From: Euglena gracilis
Taxonomy: Eukaryota
Assembly (NCBI GenBank): GCA_039621445.1
Contig: CP154954.1
Location: forward strand, 38,053,703-38,117,702
DNA length: 64,000 nt
Direction: 5' to 3'
Shown: in pieces, positions 38,201 through 49,300 of the stretch
Layout of the letters: each line of letters opens with the position of its first letter
Position numbering within the stretch: position 1 is the first letter of the stretch
Notes under the pieces: model-generated
Databases searched by the model: none
Told to the model about the DNA's origin: nothing
What the model saw: only the letters and a program-made list of their open reading frames with translations
Position numbers and translations under genes: made by a program

Positions 38201-38911
38201 ATCGTCAAAAGAAATTTCCTCAAAAGAGGGATGAAGGGATGTTGGGCATGGAGCAGAGAATGGCGTAACCCCAGCAAGGTGATTTTGGCCAATGGGGCTT
38301 GGTGGGGGTCTAGCTGGGGCTGGTGACGATGCTGCTGCGGTTGTTGCCACAGAGGATGAAGAGCTGGCACCCAAAGGGGGGTTGGAGAAGTTGGAGAAGT
38401 TCAGGAAAGGCGTCGCTTGATTTGCTTGCATCCACATGGCTCCAACATCTGACGGGGGGAAGGATCCTGGTCCTTGTGTGCCAATTGGGTTCGCCATGAT
38501 GACCGTGGAGCACATTGAAGGGAGGCCCTGTTGGCCAAAGAACAACGGACCCGGCAGATTTGGGAACCAAGATCCCCTTTCCAAGGGTGGCGCTGCGGGT
38601 GGTGTTGGTGCGGTCGGGGTGATGGAAATTTGTGATGCTGGCGCCATGTCAACGTCCTCAATCGACACCAATGGGGGCTCTGCGGGTGGTGGTGCGGCTG
38701 GAGGGATGGAGATTTGTGATGCTGGCGCCATGTCAATATCCTCACCCGAAACAAATGGTGGGTCCGTAGCTGGCCCGGGGTTGCTTTCAATGTCCCCGCA
38801 GGTGAGTAAAGACCGACCCCGGCCTGCCCCCCCCGATGCTGCCAGGGTGGGCTGTGGGCTGTCTTTTGCCGGCGTGAAAGGCACCAGCACTTTTCTTTGT
38901 TTGGCTGACAT
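35282..38911 (-). CDS. Intact 1209-aa RT + CCHC + RLE protein with an N-terminal 2A peptide
   Basis: GRGRSLLTCGDIESNPGP; LQVDFRNAFN, GAQQGDPSGP, WYLDD; CPKC..HLVCC; RPGDIF..VDV..EAEKHAKY. Confidence 0.95.
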   Translation of the reverse strand: MSAKQRKVLVPFTPAKDSPQPTLAASGGAGRGRSLLTCGDIESNPGPATDPPFVSGEDIDMAPASQISIPPAAPPPAEPPLVSIEDVDMAPASQISITPTAPTPPAAPPLERGSWFPNLPGPLFFGQQGLPSMCSTVIMANPIGTQGPGSFPPSDVGAMWMQANQATPFLNFSNFSNPPLGASSSSSVATTAAASSPAPARPPPSPIGQNHLAGVTPFSAPCPTSLHPSFEEISFDDRGTLVYLPRGALLNVNQTYLQLMKHFNRDPGWETLHALWAFPKAVLCPLQRGGRSNWAMVGRKIAERARLYLTRPVFDSWLDSSLPQKQQGRQTRQKTALAAKATEERFLSRIESLVGHGAISKACRELTSEGVQNSSDPKVIQRLRDLHPPEPPPHIPVSDSSQTITFPSDPESTKERLQNLRKAIFGFPKESAPGPSGLRPDHLKAMVGDYPGACGEDLLEVLDTFICRAITNGVHPSMAPILSSARLTPLRKQNKQRAMEEDAFGNLVEHTVCDEDTRPIAAGETLRRLVGKCLMRHPTVVNALKELSPPQCGVGVPNACPLIAMGIQQMVDTLHSDRDNRWGLLQVDFRNAFNSLSREKILQSIRRRCPEVCPWLDSCYAQHSKLYCGNHCLPSQRGAQQGDPSGPAAFAWGVQDLCEGLSPLVEWQGWYLDDAHLLGSPAQLHNALVFLIREAAALGLAVNPAKCRLWGPAFTSTEGVPCIPPGTPQDSPLHQIPLTAFVAGSGLKVLGVPVHHPQDDRFCEEVWNKRIEDIRRSCTVLQHLPQSHVQFTLLRFCLSACKVNDLLRACKIASATAACKTLSGIIRETFSSMVGSPCTPEEWLQVSLAIRCGGLGISDPLFQRAPARLSQVVDFCRRAPSVLGLPAAMDILPKDVDDCLRTALNELGQMVPLPQWASDKNLIPQAQSPHNSQRWWNQQSMLARQKTLRDTLNGPDAVRFASQCQPHAMAWAALTPSQGLRTLLPTAEFRCTLRWSLGMTLTPTESDPNLCPKCFGQSDFLGHHLVCCKSNFITRRHGAVQDFLTTTTQKAGFTARKEQRADDRSRPGDIFIPRLDSDGPVAVDVTVRHTLAQSHPLRSAESLSQWQTRQEAEKHAKYDATCRRLGWRLMPFVMDCYGGMGQEARSLMATLLKALLGQREGWQRRAAEADIWQGLSFTLIREISRQLVWSLYSSKDEITLSSAHSPYSV

Positions 38912-39124
38912 TGGGTTGTTTTTTTTCCGAACGGCTGAGTGGGAGCCTGGGGATTGTCAAGTGCATTGCGCTGAGGTGTCCCGTTTGCTGGCCAGCTGAA
39001 CCGGGCAGAACTGGCTGGATGGGGGGCCACTGTTGCAGGCCACAATGTGGAGGAGCATGGTTCGCCCGTGTTGAAACCCCGCGCTATTTTGGCTGGAAAT
39101 CTGCTGAGCCCTTGGGCAAATTTG

Positions 39125-39710
39125 GACAGCGTCGTGGCCGAAGCCGTGGGCCCTGGGGCCACATCTGTGAAAGAGTTTTCTGTGCCTGTTTTGGCTTGAA
39201 AAGTGTTGAGCCCTAGGGCGGCATTTGACAGCATCATGGCTGAAGTCTTGGGCCCTGGGGCCACATTTGTGAAAAACTTTTCAGTGCCAGATTTGGCTTG
39301 AAATGTGTTGAGCCCTGGGGCAGCATTGGACAGCATCTTGGCTGAAACCTTGGGCCCTGGGGCCGAATCTGTGAAAAAAACTTTTCTGTGCCACATTTGG
39401 TTGGAAATGTGTTGATCCCTGTGGCAAAAATTGACAGCATCATGTCAAAGGCCTTGGGCCCTGGGGCGTCATTTGTGAAAAACTTTTCTGTGCCACATTT
39501 GTTTGGAAATGTGTTGATCCCTGTGGCAAAATTTGACAGCATCATGGCAAAAGTCTGGGGCCCTGGGGCCACATTTGTGAAGAACTTTTCTGTGCCAGTT
39601 TTGGCTTGAAATGTGTTGAGCCCTGGGGCAAAATTGGACAGCATCATGGCTGAAGTCTCTGGCCCTGGGGCCAACTCTGTGAAATGTTTATAAGGCCCTG
39701 GGGCCACAGT
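39125..39710 (-). repeat. 102-bp tandem repeat (~5.5 copies; 34-aa unit TEKFFTNVAPGP...)
   Basis: gtgaaaaacttttc recurs at ~102-bp spacing, and each unit contains GGCCCCAGGGCC. Confidence 0.85.
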
Positions 39711-40024
39711 GCGGGTTGGTGTGAACGCTATGTTACAGCACAGGTGGTAAAGCAAAGTATAGTGAAACAGGGATAATACTTCCAGCCAGCTGGTGTAGCA
39801 GAGGATGATGTTGTGCTGCTGTAGCATCCTCAAGGAGATGAACCACTCCAGTGTCTGTACTGTACTGTACTGTAACTCGGGCTTGCACTTCTCTGTCGGG
39901 CTTTGCTGCTGTCAAGACCAACAAACTTCAATATTTCAATGACTTGAGTTGTAGGTTGGAACTTCAGGTAGTTCAAAGCTTGAACCCCACCAGGGGCTTT
40001 CAGTTGTCCCACATGATATGCGAA

Positions 40025-40049
40025 CGAAAAAAAATAGACACTCAGAAAG
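40025..40049 (-). other. Spliced-leader exon copy (nt 2-26, perfect)
   Basis: Minus strand reads CTTTCTGAGTGTCTATTTTTTTTCG, followed by an extra TTCG. Confidence 0.9.
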
Positions 40050-41159
40050 ATATTTGGCTTTTGGCCAAATTGGCTGGGCCTAATTCAAAATTTCACGATC
40101 TCTTCAAATAAGAGTACCGTGCAGAGTTACAGCGATCTGATAGCATCGCTGGACGGCTCGTCCAACGAGCTTTCGAATGAGGGGTAACATGGCCTATCGG
40201 CCAGCTACAGGCGCTGAGATACGTCTTTGATCTTTTGACTGTGTGAGTGAGCTTTTGCTATGAGCGTCCATAATTTATTCTACAAAGACAACTTTTGGTT
40301 TCTATCTCATAGGCACTACTACATACAGTCAAAACCTCATGGCACGAGGTGCCAGAAATTTTGAAGCTTTTGTGGTGGTTTTGAGGCTATGCCAAAGTGA
40401 CACTTATGCAAATCTGCATAAAACTAGCCTATTTGGCTTGTTTTGGCCAATTCAGCCACTTTCAGCCATGTAATATGGCTTTTTGTGCCATTTTTTGAGG
40501 TCCTATGGACTTTTCACTTTATAATATGGATTTGTGGACCTTTGGTCCTTTTGGTCCTTGCAATTTGTGCAAATTGGTCCTATGGACCCATGGACCACGT
40601 GGGTAATGGCCCATAGGCCTTGCACATCATAGGGTGTATTGGTCACATAGACCTAAGGCTAAGTGGTCAAGTCCACAAAAATGCATGTTTGAATGAATTT
40701 TCTTCATTTTTTTTTTGGGGGGGGCAACTATGTTGCAGATTTTCTCAAGGAATTCAGCCCATTTCCCTATCGGGATTCACTTCACTTCTGCAATAAGAAA
40801 AAGGCCATTTTGTTCACAAAATAGCTGTTCTTCACAAAGCTGTGCAAGTTCATGGGAAAAATGCAGTATTTGCAATGTATCCCAAAAACTTATCACACAC
40901 CTTGTGTTTTTTGCAAATAACTTTGAAGTTGGCGCAATTGTGCGCTTGAATGATCAAAACACCTTTGGTGTTCGCCAATTTGACCAACAAGTTCGTGGTC
41001 AAAGAAGGAGGGGATGGCTACTTTTGTTGCTTAAGTAAACCAAATCTGCATTTTGAGCATGTGGTTTGCAAATCAACAACAAAAGTGCCATTGTGAAATA
41101 TGTACACAAACATCTTTGGGACTTATTCCCGAAAGAATATGGTTGGGTTGGGCAGATAC

Positions 41160-41550
41160 CCATTTGTAAGATATACGCAGTTATGCGAGATTTGCGCTAT
41201 GTGGGGGGCGGGGGGGGGGCGCATCTTGTGGGGAGGCTGTTTGCGGACTGCGCAATATGCGTGGTGGCGAGGTGTGCGCTATGCGCGGTGTGCAAAACAA
41301 TATGCACGCGATGAGCGCTATGCGCGTGGGGAGCGCAATATGTGCGGGGTGTGAGCGACATTGGGGGCGCCTTATAGCGCGCGGGGGGGGGGGGGGGGCA
41401 TTGTGCGCAAGATTTGCGCTATGCGCGAGGGGGGGTGGCGCCATAGGCGCATCGTCTGTGCTATACGCACTTTGCGCAATATGCGCAGGGAGGCGCCAAA
41501 GGCACGGGGGGGTGGTGGGTGCCATTGGCGCTCGGGGGCGCCATAGGCGC
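41160..41550. repeat. Degenerate TGCGCAATATGCG-type repeat tract
   Basis: Many tgcgc(a/t)atatgcg units interspersed with G runs. Confidence 0.6.
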
Positions 41551-42102
41551 GGGGCTGGTGGTAAGTTTGGTTTCGGTTATTTCCTTTTGTGTTTGGTTGT
41601 CGGTTGGGTGGAAATTTCTCCTAGAGTGCACACCATGGGGGGAAGGTGCGGAGTAGTTGTCCTTGTCGCGCATGTCGGTCTGCGGGGGTGAGTGTGTAAA
41701 AAAAATTGAGCATGCGAATTTTGGAGCTGCTGGGGGTGTACAGGATTGTCTGAATCGACAAACCTGGTGGAAAACGAAAAGTTGAAAGCAGCTGGGCGAC
41801 TACTCGACACCGTTTAAACTTCAGGCCTTAGGGCTTTCGTCTTGGAACCCAGTGCAACGATCGGGGGTTAAGCTACTTGTTACCCCTACCGCATGTGGAA
41901 CGTTTGTGAATATGCGGTGGGTAGGGGGGGGCACTTTCTCTTTACCCCGGGTTGAAAACGGTGTTGGTGTTGTTGAAAACGGTGTTGCTGTCATCGAAAA
42001 CGGTATGTAAAAGTGATGATTAGTGGAAGTTTGAGGGGGGGGAAGAATTTTGCGGTGTTGTGTGCATTCTTGGAGGGGGAATCCACTCAACCACATGGAC
42101 AT

Positions 42103-45100
42103 TCATGGGCTATCCCATGATGCACCACAGCTGGAAACACAAAAGTGTCTATATGTCAAAGGTTGGTGAAAACTTTGAGCGGGGTCACCAAAAAATCCTT
42201 GCACACTGACCAGAAAGGATACTGGGCAGGGGATGACTAGGGTCGCGACTCCTGTCACCTCCTTTCTAGTACCATCTGTAGTCCGTATCCTTGGATTTTT
42301 GGTTTCTTCGCTCAAAAACCGAACCGGTGGCCATATCAGCCATTGACTTTCTTGACGCATATACGTCTCTGAATTTATGAGCGCTAAAGCAGGGATGATC
42401 CCTTTGGTTACATGGGGTATCATCCCCTCCCGAAGCCGGGTGATAATCCTCGATGGAGGTTGCTCTTTGACATACCGTGTGCCTTTTGGCTGAAGTACGA
42501 TCTTTTGAACTGCGAGTCATATCGCGATGGCTATGGCTTGGGTGGGGAGGAGTCGCATAGCGACATTTGGGTGAGGGGTGGTTGGTGGATCCGCACAGTG
42601 AACATGTGGATCGTGATCGATATTTTGAATTTTGCGAATGCGCATTTTGTGAAAAACGAGAACTGCATAATGAGGTTGATCCTCTTGGGTTAGTGTTGCG
42701 CTTTCGCGCTGCGGGATTTGGACAATGGCAAGATATATTTGTCCGAAAATTCTTCTGAAGAGCACGAATTGCGCAATTTGGATTCCGCTATAGCGGTATG
42801 TGATAAGCGTGACACTTTTTTCACAGAACTAACTTGTATAGCGGGTATTTCTGCTGTGGGGTGGCTCGTATAAGCCGACTGGATTTGTCCCAGAAGCTGT
42901 GATAGCTTCAGTTGTTTGGAAACATAGTTCCATCGCTCATCGAGCGTCAAAATATGTCCTGCGAGTTCCTCTCGGTGAATTTCTTTTATGAGTTTGGGTA
43001 TAAAGTGCAGTAATACTGCGTCAAATTGCTCTTTCATTTGGGTTTCGCCTAACTCGTCTACTTCGGCTGCCAAACAGAGCCATTTTGAGTACCATAGGTC
43101 TATCGACCTCCATTTTCGGTCATGGGGGGCATATTGCCGCCATTTTTTCTCGAGAGTGATTCTGGAAACCAAACTGGAACATGAAGAAGCATATTGCTCA
43201 ACCAAATCCTGAAAAGTAATACGCCAGCGAATGACCAATTGTCTGGCGCGTTCCTTTTCGTCTTTTGGTAGACAATCTATGAATTCCATTTTGATCACCT
43301 CCGGGTTTTCGTCCTGGGTTGGTCCCTTCAAATCCCAGTAGTACTCCCAATCACGGAAAAACTGTTTCCATGTTGTTGGGTCACCATCCCATTGGGGCTT
43401 CACCTTTTTCGCGATAGCGATGATTCCTTTGATATCTTTCTGAGACTCCCATGGCCCTTCGGTGGTATTCAAGGAGGTTGGGCCTGGGCGCAAAACCGCA
43501 CCATGCGCGGGTACCTCGGTGGTTGCACCAAGTGTACTTTTGGGTGTATTTTGCGAATGCGCATTCAATATTCCACTTGGTGTACCATAGGTACCTTGCA
43601 ATCTTGGTGAATCGCGAATGCGCGAATGGTGATGCTGATGCACCTCAGGATCAATACCATGTGCGGGAGGCGGGAGTGCGCCTCATACCGCGACAAAGTT
43701 AATATTCCCAAATTTTTCGATTTCTTTGAGGGTTTCGCTTGGCTTTCTCTTAAAAACCAACCCCGTCATCCATTGTGACTGGTACCGCTGGGGGAGGGAC
43801 CACTGCATGAGCAGAATCGTAATTTTGTAGCAATGTGCCAATAGGCTCTGCCACAGGTGCGCTGTTAGCGCTTTTGGAGCTGGAATCTGCGGCAAGTGTG
43901 CCTACAACACCCATATCGGGTTTTTGTTGTAATAAAAGCAATTGTGCGTGTACTTGATTGATCCAAAGTTTCTGTAAAGACACTAAAATTTTTCTCCAAA
44001 TCATCGAGAATTTTCAGATGATCGGTGATTGCACCAATATCTTCCTGCAAACGCTTAATACGCCTGCGGTGTTTGGACATATCGTCCAGAAGAGGGATTT
44101 TGTCAGAAAAAGACCGGAAATCTTGCGAAATTTTTCCAAAACCACTTTCCAATTCCCGTAGTCGCACAGCTAGAGTGTGCACCGCTTCGGAAATAGGCTC
44201 CAGTTGTGGAGGTGGTTTGGAAGGAGGGGTATTTTGCGGATTCAGCACATTTTCAGCCATTGGCTGTTCCAAAACACCGAAACTTGCGCGGATAGCGCTG
44301 AGAAATCTTTTTGCAAGTTTTTGACTTGCTGATTCACTGTTTCCTCGGTCCGTATCGGACCGTCACAAAATTGTTCCCTGACTTGTCCATTTTCATCACG
44401 CATATCTGCAGAAAATCGCTGAACCTCTAAATTATGTGAACATGGTACCGCATTGCGGTTCTGCAACTCCTCTATTGTGGTTTTGATTTCAACAAAATTG
44501 TTCTGCCACCTTTGGTGGTAAGCATCCTGCCTGCTTGCCATATTCGCGATATGGGCGTAAAAACTTGTTCTATCAGCAGAATTTTCACCACACCTACACG
44601 ACTTTCGCTCTAATTGGGAAAGTCTTTCCTCTAATTGCTGCACATAAGTGCTGGAAGCGAAACCTTCACCAGGTTGGGTGTGCATATGGTGAAAAATTTG
44701 CCGATTCACGGCTCATTTGCATAACGTGCTGATGCGCTTCTTGGAATGCAGCAGCTGGAGTATCGAACTGCTTCAAGGTAACAAAAGCTCCCATATCAGG
44801 ATTTTTGTGCTCAAAAAGTGCCGTTATTGGCTCCAGTTGATCACACAAAGCCTGCAAACTATGTTGCAAGTGGGAAAAATTCGCATCATTGCGGGATTGT
44901 ATTTCAAACACTGTCTCACTCACTTTTAGGATTCTTTGTGGCAATTGTGCCTGCAAAAGTGTCTCAAAACGTTGGCGCAAGTTTGCCAAATCCACACAAG
45001 GCAATGCAAGAAAAGAACCCGTATCGGGTGGTGCTTCCAGTTGTCCTGTAGGACTTGGATCTGTGAGCGCATGGGGAGGTTGGATAAAACATGGTGTTTC

Positions 45101-45682
45101 TAACCCACCCTCAACAAAAAGTTGATGTGGCGCAACCGCCTCAGAATCAAATGTGCCTATCGGCATTGGTGCGAGATCTCGCTGGGGGGGAAAACTGTCA
45201 GCCGATCGGCTTTCCAACAAGAGAGATTGTGCCCGTCGGGCTATTGGTTGCTCGATAGAGCTGGGAACGGTGAGGGAATGCTCTATAGAGCTGGGGGTTG
45301 GAGGTAAGTTGCTCGATAGAGCTGGCCACTGTGGGGGATGCTCGATAGAGCTGGACACCTTTAGGTGTGGCACCCATTGCGTGGGGGGTTGCTCGATAGA
45401 GCTGTGGGGGGAATGCTCGATAGAGCTGGAAAACGGGGTGGGGGAATGCTCGATAGAGCTGGAAACCACTGGGGTGGGGGGATGCTCAATAGAGCTGGGA
45501 GTTGCCCCATATAGGGCCACACACCTGGGTTGGAGCATATACTCCTGTGACAAATCTTCATCAAACTTTCTCAAAGAACTAATCAATTCTTGATAATCAA
45601 TGACTGGGTTGGTGCTTGAGCTCTGCATAGTTTTATTTGCATAAACAGAAACAGACACAAGCAAACCCCAAAAGGTAAGCAA
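42103..45682 (-). pseudogene. Frameshifted gag (and possible protease) of an LTR retroelement
   Basis: Consecutive ORFs 44666-45682, 44242-44709, 43865-44272 and 42690-43643. Capsid-like WDGDPTTWKQFFRDWEYY; protease-like RIRTTDGTRKEVTGVATL; located downstream of a PBS. Confidence 0.65.
45248..45500 (-). repeat. Tandem GCTCGATAGAGCTG (SSIEH) units inside the gag-like ORF
   Basis: Eight copies with variable spacers. Confidence 0.85.
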
Positions 45683-45941
45683 AGGAACAAACTCAGAAGG
45701 ATGTGGCAGCGTATACTGCCCAGAGCCTCCTGAAGCTTGTACCTGTGCTTGGAAGTTGGCTCCAAACAGCTCGTGGATGCTTTGTAGCCTATAGGCTCAG
45801 CAACACTCACTGTTTGAAGTCACCTGTTAAGATGAGGGGGAGAAGGGGGGAGAAGGGGCGTAGGAAAGAAACCAAATCTGCTACCAAGTGTACGCCTTGG
45901 TAGTCTTTCTCTTTGTGAAGTATGTGTAGGTTCGTAACCTA

Positions 45942-46374
45942 CTCTGCTACCAAGTGTACGTCCCCTGACTCTATTCCCACTGCCTGTCGGCCTACTTACA
46001 CCCTCCCGTGGGAACAGAACCAGGAGAGTAACAAAAAAGAAAGTCTTTCACTTAACTATTAGTTTTTATTGCCTTTGGGCTTTATGCAGAGCACAAGGCA
46101 AACCAGGTGTGATTTTGGAACTTCAGTTCCAGTAGTGTTCTCCTATCGGAGTTCAAACCTTCAAATCTTTGATTTGCCCTTTTGGGCTGATGAAACACAA
46201 AGCAAAACAATAATACCACCTGTGAAAAGAGAAGGCAGATCCGAGCTAGGATAGGCTATTCCTAATTCTGCAATTTGTATTGCAGAACATGGAATAGTAC
46301 TATCTGGCATGACATTGTGCATTTTGCAGTTTGCTGCTATGCACAGTGCCATGTTCATGCTGCCTGGTACACAT
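45942..46374 (-). repeat. Truncated 5' LTR plus tRNA-iMet PBS
   Basis: Minus strand reads ...GGACGTACA-CT-TGGTAGCAGAG. The LTR matches the copy starting at 32288. Confidence 0.75.
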
Positions 46375-49300
46375 AAACCCAACGGGCGTCATGTTTGACG
46401 AAAAATGCCGGGAGCCGAGGTCTGGTCCGCCCAATTCCCCGGAAAATGCTCCACTGCAGGAAACCTCTTTCAGCAGCTGGAAGAAAAAATTCCTGCATCA
46501 GCGGCAGGAGCGACGGCAGCAGGGGGGCACGCTGGTCCACGAGCGGGCGGCACGTAAATTGACCAAAGTCGTGGACCAATGGCAACAGATGGGACGAAAT
46601 CGTGACATCCCGGCCAAGGGCCCTTGGGGGCTGCTTTTTTCTGGTGACATCAACCCCCTGCCTGGACCAACGGCGGGCCCGTGTGGTGAATGTGATCTCC
46701 TGCATGTCTTGGTGGAACAACAAGTACAAGAGATGTTCAAAATACGGGCGGATGAGGAGCCTGCAAAAGGACCAGACGGGACGTCACCTCTCTTTCAGGA
46801 AAGAGAAGCCTTCTGGGTACAGTGCACCCTGTGTGGGTGGTCAAGGCAAACAATAAATTCTGGGTGGTGCTTGTCCCACGTACAGCATTGTGCAGAATTA
46901 CAAAACATTCTTTGCGGCCCGAGAAACACATTGCTGCAGGTGCCAGAAGAACACCTAGCCACAGGCAGGGAAGGTGTGGCTTTCAGCGGTGATGTCCCCC
47001 TGAACCCGGGCCCCAGGAAGGAATCTGAAGCTCACAAAAGAAAAGCACATGGCCATGGGAAAACTGGGCGGGAAGAAGCTGTTCTGACCCATGGTGATGT
47101 GGAGCAGAATCCGGGGCCTATGGAAGGCAGCATGGAGGTGGACTTGGGGGGGTGTCACACCTTACAAGGACCGTGTCCCAAAGGTTTGCGCCATGCATGG
47201 GATGACATAGCACATGACCGAAGGACCACGTTGACATTGATCCCCAGAGGAGCGCTGGGGGAAGTGGCACGAACCCTGACCCTCTTGTTCAGACGATTAC
47301 GACAAGAAGGCTCTTGGGAGGCCTTTCACTCTTTGTGGTGTTTTCCAAAGGCAGTCCTGGCAAGCACTGGTCAGGGTGGACGATCCCACTGGGCCAGAAT
47401 TGGGCGGCTGCTGTGTACCAGAGCCAAGGCGTACCTGGAAAAAGACGTCCATGAATGCTGGGAGTCGTCCAGGCCGTCGGAAGCGAATTTCGGATCCAGC
47501 GTCAAAACCCGATCAGCAAAAAACTAAAGAGGAGGAAATCCAACAAGAAGCCTTTCTCAACAGAATGCAGAAACTGGTGGAAAGAGGGGCAACGGCAAAG
47601 GCGCGTCAGGCAATGTTGTCAGACGGAGTCCAAGATGCAAATGATGCAAAAATTCGTGAGCGTTTACGTCTGCTTCACCCATCAGAAGATCCGCCCGGGA
47701 AAGGGCCCCCCGATGGAAGAGTGCGCCTGCCAGTCCCTGAGGGACAAGAAGGAGACGCCCACATGAAAAAGGCCGTGAGACGGGCCATCCTGTCCTTCAA
47801 AAACGAAACAGCAGGAGGACCGAGCGGGCTGACCATCTCAAAACATTGATATACGCACAGGCTGCGGGCTGTGGTGATGATTTACTGGAAGAAATCTCCG
47901 CCTTTGTCTTCTCGGCAATCCAACAAGGACTGCCTTTGGAAATGGGGTCCATCTTGGCAGGAGCACGACTGACGCCGTTGAGAAAGAAGAAACCACAAAC
48001 AGATGCTGCCGGTAATGTGATGCTGCATACGGACAACGATTTGCAACACGAAGGAACCAGGCCAATTGCGGCAGGAGAAGTTTTAAGACGGTTGCTTGCC
48101 AAAGTTCTGTTAAAAGAAGCCACTGTACGAAACACTCTGATTGACGGGCTGCCTGGGCAAGTCGGTGTAGGCCATTCTGACGCTTGTGCTCTCACCAGTA
48201 TTGCACTGCAACAAATTGTTCAAGGACTGCAAAAGGCAGGGAAAACAGAATGGGCTGTTCTGCAGCTGGATTTTGCAAACGCCTTCAATCAATTGAAACG
48301 GGAACCCATGTTACATCAAGTGCGACAGCAGGTACCACACATGACAGCTTGGACTGAATCATGCCATGGTTCACATTCCCCTTTGTATTGTGGAAACACA
48401 AGCCTGAGGTCCAAAACGGGAGTTCAACAAGGGGACCCTTGTGGCCCGGCTCTTCTCTGCATTGCGGTGCAACCTTTGGTCAACAAAATTGCAGAAATGG
48501 TGCCATGGCAGTGCTGGTACCTGGACGACTGCCATCTAATTGGATCCATGGAACAGCTGGATCGTGTGGTGCGCATGCTTTTGGCAGACGGTCCTGCGAT
48601 TGGGGTCAGTCTGAACATGGACAAATGTCGGCTGTGGGGCCCAGCCGTCAATGATGCCTTTCGCAGATTGCCACAGGGAAGCAGTGTGTTGCAACGAATA
48701 CCGGCAACATCCTTTGTGGAGGGATCTGGAATCAAAGCCCTGGGGATACCTGTGACGTACCCGGGAGATGACACGTTTGCGCGATCCATTTGGCAGGACA
48801 GATTGAAAGCTTGTGAAAAATTGTGCTACTTGCTGCAGTTCATTCCTTCCGGCCACATTCGTTTCCACCTGTTGCGCCATTGCATTCCCAGCTGCAAAGT
48901 AAATGATCTTCTACGAGGAACACCGCTTGAACTCTTCTGAAGATATGGTACGGCTCTTCTCTGCCCTGGTCCGTGACAGTTTGAGCAATATTGCACGAAG
49001 ACAGCTCACTGAAGCTCGATGGGAGCAATCCACCATCCCCATTCGACTGGGAGGCCTGGGCCTGCACGATGCAATAAAGACCAGGCCAGTGGCCAGATGG
49101 GCTGCTATTTTGGATTTCTGCAAAAGAGCAGAACACAGTGTCTCTTTCCCGAAAGAACTTGAGCTATTACCATCAGACTTCGTTCTTACAGGTCGCACAG
49201 TCGAACAAATCACGGGGGAGAGTCATTTGACAACTTTGATACTACAGGACTCCAATCGGATTCCTCACCTGGGGAAAGTGGAAAGTTCCCAGAAATTCTG

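Larger units (their letters stand above)
34796..40049 (-). mobile_element. Full-length CRE/SLACS-clade non-LTR retrotransposon, copy 2
   Basis: Perfect 12-bp TSD ATATTTGGCTTT (34784-34795 / 40050-40061), 5' SL exon, intact ORF and 3' motif A. Confidence 0.93.

Noticed and set aside
45248-45500. CRISPR-like repeat/spacer array
   Set aside because: The repeat is only ~14 bp, the spacers are related and irregular, it sits in frame in a gag-like ORF, there are no cas genes, and the context is eukaryotic.
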